Below are positions 7,812-14,631 of a stretch of DNA of 17,312 nt, one piece after another. The notes beneath the pieces were generated by a model that worked only from the letters and a program-made list of their open reading frames with translations, made no database searches and was not told the origin of the DNA. The position numbers were made by a program, and so were the translations under genes. Position 1 is the stretch's first letter. Every line of letters begins with the position of its first letter. Origin of the DNA: an uncultured Burkholderiales bacterium. GTDB taxonomy: Bacteria; Vulcanimicrobiota; Xenobia; Xenobiales; JADMJV01. Location: NCBI GenBank assembly GCA_964423525.1, contig CAYRFU010000108.1, positions 1 to 17,312 on the forward strand, given 5' to 3'.

Positions 7812-8824
7812 CAGGCCGCTGGTTGGTTCATCTCCTGAATTCGCTCCAACACGGGGAGTTCGCAAACCACCGTAAAGCTGTCCCCGGCGCTAAAATTCGA
7901 GAGGCCGGTGGGATGGAGCCGGGGCTCGCGACCTTTTTGGCTGTAGCGAATCACGGTGAAGTCCAGATCCTTCCTGAGCTTGGTGAAGTTGCTCTTGGCC
8001 AGGGGCGTTTTGGGCAACACCTCGATATTCGCCGTTAACAGCAAACCATCTTCCAGATGAAGCGAATCGATCACGCTATCGCAGTGAGAGGCGGCCGCGA
8101 AGGCCGGTGCGGCCAGAGCGGTGGCCGAGAAGGCGGCTCGAATTCCGAAGGCTTCCTGCAGCTTGCGAGCCATTCTCTGATCGAACATCTTGAGAACGAT
8201 GTTGATGTCGGGTCGTAGCTCTTTAGCGTTCAAGGCGAGTTCGACGTTGAGCAGGTCATCGTCGGTGGCTACGATCACAGATTTCGCCTCTTGGATGTTG
8301 GCCTTTTCCAGAATGTCGTGGGAGTGGAGGTCCCCGACGAGCACCGCTATCGAGTCGTTACGAAGTTTGGTCACAAACTCGTTTTCCCTATCGGAAATGA
8401 CGGTCACGTCATCCCCGAAATGGGTCAGTTCTTCACAGATGCGGAATCCGACCTGGCCGGTTCCGCAGACAATCACATGGTTGTTCATCTGTTCGGGTTT
8501 CCTTCCTAAGAGTTGATCGATTCGGGTCGACAGTAAGAAGTCAGCTACGAATCCGAAGATGCTGGCCAGAGCCACCGCTCCGGTTGTCATCAAGAGGGAC
8601 GCGTAGACTTTGGTGAAAGGCGAGATATGGTCGAAACGAAGACTACCGGGGTCGCCGGTGACAAAGATCGTAAAAGCCGAGAAAAGGGCGTCGACGAAGG
8701 GGATACTCTCGACCCACATCATTTCCAGGACGGCCCCCAGGAAGATGATGGCGACACCTAACAGAACACGATGCCCAAACTTTCTCAAGACAGCCTCCTC
8801 TCCCGGAGCCCATCTTATCACCAA
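7811..8824 (-). CDS. Two-TM pore-loop cation channel with a cytoplasmic RCK/TrkA-N (NAD-binding fold) domain plus a TrkA-C-like tail. It is MthK-like with a non-canonical selectivity filter.
   Basis: TM1 is VLLGVAIIFLGAVLEMMWV. The pore helix and filter are SIPFVDALFSAFTIFVTGDPGS. TM2 is VYASLLMTTGAVALASIFGFVADFLL. The Rossmann motif is HVIVCGTGQVGFRICEEL (GxGxxG), followed by ...VTVISDRENEF... The first in-frame start is TTG at 8824 (GTG at 8821 is an alternative), 18 nt downstream of the MMPL stop. The TGA stop overlaps the NfeD ATG. Confidence 0.75.
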   Translation of the reverse strand: MVIRWAPGEEAVLRKFGHRVLLGVAIIFLGAVLEMMWVESIPFVDALFSAFTIFVTGDPGSLRFDHISPFTKVYASLLMTTGAVALASIFGFVADFLLSTRIDQLLGRKPEQMNNHVIVCGTGQVGFRICEELTHFGDDVTVISDRENEFVTKLRNDSIAVLVGDLHSHDILEKANIQEAKSVIVATDDDLLNVELALNAKELRPDINIVLKMFDQRMARKLQEAFGIRAAFSATALAAPAFAAASHCDSVIDSLHLEDGLLLTANIEVLPKTPLAKSNFTKLRKDLDFTVIRYSQKGREPRLHPTGLSNFSAGDSFTVVCELPVLERIQEMNQPAA

Positions 8825-8842
8825 ATTGTATTTTAGGAAAAT

Positions 8843-11503
8843 TTACCCCAGTTCCTTTTTCTTCGAGAGAAAAATCTGGGTTAAGCAGGGTAATAGGAAC
8901 AGCGCCGTGAGAAGGTTGGCGCCCATACCGGTGGCGATGACGAAGCCCAGGCTGTTGATGCCCTGGTGACTGGCTGACAACAGGCTTCCAAAGCCGGCCA
9001 TGGTGGTGAGAGCTGAGAGGGTCACAGCGGGACCGGTGGAGCTAGTGAGAATTCTGGGACTCCCCAGTTCTCGCATACGGTGAGTGACGTGAATGCCAAA
9101 GACGGACCCCACTCCTACTAGCATCGGCAAGGCCACAAAGTTGGCCGGATTGAAATCGATCCGGGTCCAACCCATAAAACCGACCATCCAAAGGACGCCG
9201 AGAGCCGTGGGTAGGAAGGTGATGACCACTTGAGCCGGACTGCGGAGATACAGAGCTGTCACTAGAAGCACCACCGCCAAAGTTACCCAGACTGTGATGG
9301 CGTGAGTCCGACCGATGACATCTTCAAAGTGCTTCATCAAAATCGGGTCGCCCCGGATCTCGGGGTCGAGGGAGGCCAGGTCTCCCACAAACTGCACCAA
9401 AGGTCCCCGATTCCAAACGTTACCCGACGGGCGGATCAACAGAGCCAGGATGGAGTCTTTTCCTACCAACCGGACCTTGAGCGGGGTGGGAATGTCGTCC
9501 AAAGTGGGAGCAGTAGGTTCCTGCTCTTCTAGAAACCCCAGAATCAGAGCCAGGTCCTGATGGAGGGCCAGTTGGGTTTGGTCGATGGCGTCGAAGATCG
9601 GCCCGGGACCGCGCTCCTCAAGAGCGCGGCGAAGTTCGGTGAGTCGCTCCTGGAAGGCCCCCGCCGGCTCTCGGAACTGCTCCTGGGTCCGCAAAAGAGG
9701 GTAGCGCTCGGCGTAGACTGTCTCGAGCGTTTCAAGCGCTCTGGCCAGGGGCCGCACGGGGGTCGGCATGGGAGCTTTTTGAGACGGCTTGAGTCCTTCC
9801 GCCAGGGTCAAGATTTCGGCGATCAGGTCATCTTTTTCTGGATCTTTGACCGGAACGAGATCGGTCGGGGTGGTGACGGCGTGAACCGTCTCAAGACTCC
9901 GAAACTGCTCGGCTCGTTGGCGGGCCTGCTCCAATCCGTCGACCAGAGAGATAGCCGAGAGAACAGTCGTCTGGCCTTCGCGGGTTAATTGGAGTTCGGT
10001 CTTGATCGACTCCAAGTCAGGCGCTTGAATGTTGAGCAGGTTATAGTCGAAGGTGACTTTCCAGGCCTGAGGCAGTGCCAATACCGAGATCACCACGGCC
10101 GCTAGGGCTACCAGTCGAGAGTTTTTGAGCAGCGCCGATTCCATGGTCTGGAGTGGGGCCTGTTCATAGACCTCGGCCACGGGCAGGCCGGCTCGCTCGT
10201 AGAGGGCGAAAAAGGCTGGCAAGACCACGATGGTGGCCAGATAGCAAAGCAAGACTCCCCCACCCGCGATGATGCCTAACTCAGCGATTCCCTTGAAGCC
10301 CGTTACCACCATCACCAGCAAAGCCAGGGCAGTGCTCACGGCTCCCACGAAGGTGTCGAGACCCGTCCCCCGGATGGTAAAGGTGAGAGCGTCATCAGCC
10401 GTTTTGCCGCTGGCTCTCTCTTCGAAATAGCGGAAGGTGAGGTGGATTCCGAAGTCGATTCCCAACCCGCATAGTATCGAGATGTAGGTGACGGTGATGA
10501 AATTGAGATGACCCACCGCCAGGGTGGTGAACCCGAGGGTCCAGGTCAGGCCGATCACGAGGGTCGTCAAGGCCATGGCTGGTCGACGCACCTCTCCAAA
10601 GCCGAGGGTGAACAGAATCGAGATCAGTGTCAGGGTGATGGCCGAGCTTTTGAGAGAGTCCAATCCGCAGGTCCGCCTTTCATCGGTAAGCAGCACAGGC
10701 TCCCCGGTAACCCGGATACGAAGGCCAGGAAAGCGAGGTTCTAACTCCTCAATGATGACCCGGATTCGGTCCACTGAAGGACCAGTTGGCGAGATGCGAT
10801 CGTCTGAAATGGTCGGCTTGACCAGGAGGAGAAACGTCTCCTCGTCTTCCAGCGTCGTATAGAAAGTGGTTTCTCCGAGAAAAAGCTTCTGTTGACGAGG
10901 ATCGTCGCTAGAGAACTTCTCCACCAGAAAGGGGGGAGGGCGACCTGACTCTAAGCGGCCCAAAATTTGTCCCAGCAACCGATTCCCCAGGTCGAGTCCG
11001 GCCGCGATTCGGGAGGGCTCGAGCGAAACCACATCTGAGCGGAACTGGGCCAGCAGGGTAGGGAGGTCCGGCTGGTCGGTAAATCCTCGAAGATAGGGTC
11101 TCGCCAACCGTAGCTCGTCGCGGATCTCTTCTAGAGCTTGATTTGCCAGGAAGAAAAGCCCTCGAGCCCTCAAGTAAGAAAGGTCGAGACGATGCAGGGT
11201 ATGCTGGAAAAACTCCGGTTCTTGCTCCAGTCTCTCGGCCAAGACATCGAGAAAATGAGTCCGACTGGCTCGCGGGCCGTCATCGACGAGAACGGCTATG
11301 TCGTGGGGAAGCGGGAACTTTTCCCGGTAGTCCCGGATCTGGACGATGTAGGGGTCATCCTCCCGAAAAAGGTAGGACCAGTCTGTCTGAAGGTCGAGCT
11401 TGGCAGCCGTGAGAGCAAGACAAATCAAGCCGACCAGGGTCGAAAGAATCAGGGTCGGGGTCGGGTTCTCGAAAGAAGTTCTTGCGATCTTGACGTGGGG
11501 CAA
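8843..11503 (-). CDS. MMPL/RND-superfamily inner-membrane transporter of the HpnN-like lipid exporter type, 886 aa.
   Basis: It is 886 aa with a 1+5 / 1+5 TM arrangement and two large extracytoplasmic loops. TM1 is LILSTLVGLICLALTAAKL followed by a ~230-aa loop. A TM cluster contains GLGIDFGIHLTFRYFEE (the RND TM4 GxxxD-type motif). The second half repeats the pattern (LVALAAVVISVLALPQAW, loop, AITVWVTLAVVLLVTALY ... MLVGVGSVFGIHVTHRMREL). The first in-frame start is TTG at 11503..11501. Confidence 0.8.
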   Translation of the reverse strand: MPHVKIARTSFENPTPTLILSTLVGLICLALTAAKLDLQTDWSYLFREDDPYIVQIRDYREKFPLPHDIAVLVDDGPRASRTHFLDVLAERLEQEPEFFQHTLHRLDLSYLRARGLFFLANQALEEIRDELRLARPYLRGFTDQPDLPTLLAQFRSDVVSLEPSRIAAGLDLGNRLLGQILGRLESGRPPPFLVEKFSSDDPRQQKLFLGETTFYTTLEDEETFLLLVKPTISDDRISPTGPSVDRIRVIIEELEPRFPGLRIRVTGEPVLLTDERRTCGLDSLKSSAITLTLISILFTLGFGEVRRPAMALTTLVIGLTWTLGFTTLAVGHLNFITVTYISILCGLGIDFGIHLTFRYFEERASGKTADDALTFTIRGTGLDTFVGAVSTALALLVMVVTGFKGIAELGIIAGGGVLLCYLATIVVLPAFFALYERAGLPVAEVYEQAPLQTMESALLKNSRLVALAAVVISVLALPQAWKVTFDYNLLNIQAPDLESIKTELQLTREGQTTVLSAISLVDGLEQARQRAEQFRSLETVHAVTTPTDLVPVKDPEKDDLIAEILTLAEGLKPSQKAPMPTPVRPLARALETLETVYAERYPLLRTQEQFREPAGAFQERLTELRRALEERGPGPIFDAIDQTQLALHQDLALILGFLEEQEPTAPTLDDIPTPLKVRLVGKDSILALLIRPSGNVWNRGPLVQFVGDLASLDPEIRGDPILMKHFEDVIGRTHAITVWVTLAVVLLVTALYLRSPAQVVITFLPTALGVLWMVGFMGWTRIDFNPANFVALPMLVGVGSVFGIHVTHRMRELGSPRILTSSTGPAVTLSALTTMAGFGSLLSASHQGINSLGFVIATGMGANLLTALFLLPCLTQIFLSKKKELG

Positions 11504-11566
11504 TGAGGCAGGGCGTTCTTCTCTTAGGTGAAGGCCCCTTCTCTCCGGCGGAAGCGAACGCCTGTT

Positions 11567-12751
11567 CTAGTAAAGAGAAGGCTCGGTTACGGGGAGTCTG
11601 ACGGGCAGAGAAATGAGCCTCCGGAGGACGTGATTCTTGACCCGATCGGGCTGGGCCTCGAGGAGGACCATTTCGGGGAAGCGCTCCAGCAAGCTGGTGA
11701 CGGCCGTCTGGCCGGTCAGCTTAGCCAGCATCGCGCCTACACAAAAATGCTTTCCTCTTCCGAAGGCGACGTGGCGGTAGGCTGGTCTCTCGAAGTTGAG
11801 ATGGTCTGGCTCGGGAAATTGGGCCGGATCCCGGTTCGCCGCGCCGATGTAGAGACAAACCATATGGTTCGGCTCAATGATGGAAGGCCCAACCTCGATT
11901 CGCTTGAGAGCCACCCGAGTGGCGACCTGGGAAGGGCTGTCGATGCGAAGGAACTCCTCGATGGCGTTGGGGACAAGTTCCGGCCGAGCCAAGAGCTTTT
12001 GGTGGGCCGTCGGGTCTCGAAGTAAGGCTAGCATACCGTTGCAGATCAAATTGGCGGTTGTATCGTGTCCGGCCAGCAAGAGTAGAGCGCAAAGGGAGAT
12101 CACTTCGTCACGGGTCAGCTCGGTAGCCGCCAAGGAGGCCATCAGGTTGGGCTCTGGTCGTTGTCGATAGCGGTCGTAGAGTTGTCCGAAGATCTCGACC
12201 ATTTCGACCAGGGCCTCTTCTGAGCGGGCCGCGCTATCGGGCGGTCGGATGGGAGCGCCGATGAAGGTGGCCAGGGTTTCGCCCCAGTGATAGAATCGCT
12301 CAATGTCGACCGAATTGGCCCCTAACACCTCGGCGATCACCAAAGCCGGTAAAGGCATGCCTAGATGGGCGACCAGGTCGACCTCACCCTGAAGATCGTC
12401 GAGCAGCCGGTCGACTTTGGCTTGGACTATTTCTCGGTAGCCTTCCACGAACTTGGGAGTGAACACGGTCGCCAGTCGCTGACGCAGATAAGTGTGATGG
12501 GGAGGGTCGATGTAGAGAATCCAGTGGTGAGCCACCCTCTCGAGGGTCGGAGGCGCTTCTCTCCCGGCCATAAAAAGAGGCAGCATGAAGTTGGAAAGAT
12601 GGTCGTGTTTAAGCAGGGCGGCTACCTCGGAATAGCCCGTCACGATCCACCCCAGTTGGGGGTCCCACTGAATAGGAGCGGTCTCCCGCAAACGATGATA
12701 GGTGGGGTAGGGATCGAGAAAAAAGGAGTTTTCCAGGCTCCAATGCACCAT
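11567..12751 (-). CDS. Cytochrome P450 monooxygenase.
   Basis: The heme-binding loop is FGRGKHFCVGAMLA (FxxGxxxCxG). The I-helix is LLLAGHDTTANL (A/G-G-x-D/E-T-T). The ExxR motif is EEFLRIDSP, and a PERF-like motif is FERPAYRHVAFG. The ORF track extends to a GTG at 12841 (424 aa), but that would overlap the divergent methyltransferase start by 11 nt. The ATG at 12751..12749 (MVHWSLENSFFLDPYP...) gives a typical bacterial CYP N-terminus and about 394 aa, so I use it. Confidence 0.88.
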   Translation of the reverse strand: MVHWSLENSFFLDPYPTYHRLRETAPIQWDPQLGWIVTGYSEVAALLKHDHLSNFMLPLFMAGREAPPTLERVAHHWILYIDPPHHTYLRQRLATVFTPKFVEGYREIVQAKVDRLLDDLQGEVDLVAHLGMPLPALVIAEVLGANSVDIERFYHWGETLATFIGAPIRPPDSAARSEEALVEMVEIFGQLYDRYRQRPEPNLMASLAATELTRDEVISLCALLLLAGHDTTANLICNGMLALLRDPTAHQKLLARPELVPNAIEEFLRIDSPSQVATRVALKRIEVGPSIIEPNHMVCLYIGAANRDPAQFPEPDHLNFERPAYRHVAFGRGKHFCVGAMLAKLTGQTAVTSLLERFPEMVLLEAQPDRVKNHVLRRLISLPVRLPVTEPSLY

Positions 12752-12830
12752 TTTGCTGGCTTCGCTTCCCTGGGAAACACTCCCCCCAGGTTCGTAGGAA
12801 GGCTTCTGGCCTGTTACGAACCGGCTCCTC
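12752..12830. promoter_or_regulatory. Divergent intergenic region between the P450 (-) and the methyltransferase (+). It presumably carries both promoters.
   Basis: This is the only non-coding stretch between the two divergently oriented genes, provided the P450 starts at ATG 12751. I could not identify convincing -35/-10 or SD elements by eye. Confidence 0.3.
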
Positions 12831-13670
12831 ATGGAGCCCACCGACCGCCTTCCCTATTTCGATATTATTCTCGAACAGATCGCCTGCGGCAACGATGAAA
12901 TGACCCAGGCCTTCGGCAATCATGTGCACTGGGGATATTGGGAAGATCCTTCCGAGGCCGATGGCACGGTGGCCGATTTCGTGGCAGCCTCGGAGCGGAT
13001 GTGTCGTCTTGTCTGCGATCAGGCCGAGCCCGACCAGGGGCCTGAGATTCTCGACGCAGGCTGTGGCTTCGGAGGCACGGTTTTTAGCCTCCATCAACGG
13101 TTTCCGGAGCTTCGTTTGACGGGTCTGAATATCGATGAGCGTCAACTGAAGCGAGCCAACAGCCGAATCCCTGCCGGCGCTCCCATCCAGTTCGTCCACG
13201 GCGACGCCTGCGCCATGCCACTCGAGGATCAGTCCTTCCAGGCCGTCTTAGCGGTTGAGTGCGTCTTCCACTTTCCCAGCCGCCTGAACTTCGTCAGGGA
13301 AGCGGCTCGAGTTTTGAAGCCAGGTGGTCTCTTGGTGATCTCGGACTACGTCGCCGGCGTTAGTGAGATGCCTAATCTTGACCCGGAGGTGATCGAGAAG
13401 ACTGCCAGGGTGTTTGCCGAGTTTTATGGCCCGGGGTGTGTGGCCAGGGCCGGTGATTACGAGGCCCTGGCTGAACATTGCGGGCTCGAGATCACTCAGG
13501 CTCGGGATATCACCGCCAATACCATTCCCGGCTATCAGGTCGGGCGCAAGCTGCTGGCCGGGCTTTCCCAGGCTGGTATCGAGGCCACCCACTGGATGGA
13601 GAAAGAAGCCCGAGAAGGCGTGGCTAGGTATATGATCTACACCTTCCGCAAGCCCACTACTTCACGCTAG
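12831..13670 (+). CDS. Class I SAM-dependent methyltransferase (Methyltransf_11/EryG-RebM-like fold), 279 aa.
   Basis: Motif I is EILDAGCGFGGTVFSL. An acidic motif follow-on is TGLNIDERQ. Motif II/III region is IQFVHGDACAMPLEDQSFQAVLAVECVFHF ... LKPGGLLVISDY. The N-terminal HWGYWEDP is reminiscent of small-molecule O-/C-methyltransferases. It is transcribed divergently from the P450. Its TAG stop at 13668..13670 overlaps the convergent unknown gene by 14 nt. Confidence 0.85.
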   Translation: MEPTDRLPYFDIILEQIACGNDEMTQAFGNHVHWGYWEDPSEADGTVADFVAASERMCRLVCDQAEPDQGPEILDAGCGFGGTVFSLHQRFPELRLTGLNIDERQLKRANSRIPAGAPIQFVHGDACAMPLEDQSFQAVLAVECVFHFPSRLNFVREAARVLKPGGLLVISDYVAGVSEMPNLDPEVIEKTARVFAEFYGPGCVARAGDYEALAEHCGLEITQARDITANTIPGYQVGRKLLAGLSQAGIEATHWMEKEAREGVARYMIYTFRKPTTSR

Positions 13671-14631
13671 CCAGGGTTTGCTCCACCAGTTGAACGGTTC
13701 TCGCTCTGTTAGGTCGGGGAACCACGGCCACTACCTCCAGGGTTTCTCCACCCCAAGGGCGTTGGCCACTGACCCCCACCCATTCACTCTGCTCGGCCAG
13801 GAGTTCAGCCATTTGAAGTCCTCCGGGTCCGGTGTGGGGGCCATAAGTGACCTTTCCGAGGGTCTTGAGCCGGCGGCCGGGATGGTCAGTGAGATAGGCC
13901 GCCAGGAAATGCCTCTGCTGTTCAAACGATTGGCGAAGAAAACATGGTTTGAGGTCGAAGGGCGAGGTTTTTGTGGTGGAAAATCCTATCGGGATCCACA
14001 TCATGAAGGCCCCGGAATACCAACCCCCAGTGGTGGTGGGCTTCAGGGAGAGGGCCGGTTGGAACTGCCTCAAGGTTTGTCGCGCTCGGCTCAGAGGGTG
14101 AGTAGGGCACTGTTCATCGTAGTCGGCGCTGTCGGCGGGCAAAGCAAGGAGAAGGTCTTTGGGAAAGGTCCACCATTTCTTGAAGCGCTCGAAGAAACTC
14201 GGTCGAGGATAAACGAATCCATAAGGATCAGCTGGCTTGCCGGCTGGAACCTGACCGGCTAAGAGCTCGGCACGGGTTGAGGAGGTGAAGGCCTCCAGGG
14301 TAGTGACTAGAACCTCTACGTGGCCGCCGGCTACCGGGCACAAAGCCAGAGCCTGGTAAACCATCGAGCCGGAGGGGCCGGGGTATTTAATGACGCCGGT
14401 CACCCCCAGGCGGCTGTCCATTTCGCACTCAATCAAACCACCGCCCCGGGTGGCCGCCACAAGACGAAGGTCGTGACGATAGGTCTCCAGGGCTTCTGGT
14501 TCAGCCGAAACCGGATAGGGGTGGAATTCCAGTCGAACCCTGTCGTTTTGTCGGCTGCTCCAGGCCTTCACAGTGGCCGTTTGCTCGGCCGGCCACCAAC
14601 CGGGTGGGGGAGTGAAATCGAGTTCTAGCAA
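13657..14631 (-). CDS. Hypothetical protein of 324 aa with no recognisable motifs. It is translationally coupled to the upstream Clp-like ATPase.
   Basis: The complete ORF is in the track. The first start is TTG at 14631..14629, overlapping the TAG stop (14627..14625) of the Clp-like gene by 7 nt. Composition is protein-like (Pro/Gly/Trp-containing, for example GWYSGAFMMWIPIGFSTTKTSPFDLKP). I recognised no Walker motif, TM helix or signal peptide. Confidence 0.5.
   Translation of the reverse strand: MLELDFTPPPGWWPAEQTATVKAWSSRQNDRVRLEFHPYPVSAEPEALETYRHDLRLVAATRGGGLIECEMDSRLGVTGVIKYPGPSGSMVYQALALCPVAGGHVEVLVTTLEAFTSSTRAELLAGQVPAGKPADPYGFVYPRPSFFERFKKWWTFPKDLLLALPADSADYDEQCPTHPLSRARQTLRQFQPALSLKPTTTGGWYSGAFMMWIPIGFSTTKTSPFDLKPCFLRQSFEQQRHFLAAYLTDHPGRRLKTLGKVTYGPHTGPGGLQMAELLAEQSEWVGVSGQRPWGGETLEVVAVVPRPNRARTVQLVEQTLASVK

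Noticed and set aside
11567-12751. P450 as sterol 14-demethylase (CYP51), given the neighbouring MT and MMPL.
   Set aside because: It is ~394 aa, shorter than CYP51 (~450 aa). The I-helix is AGHDTT rather than the CYP51-type motif. Nothing in the sequence specifically supports CYP51, so it is kept as a generic P450.
12365-13199. ORFs 12365..12898 (+) and 12609..13199 (-).
   Set aside because: They are antisense to the motif-verified P450 and methyltransferase genes respectively.
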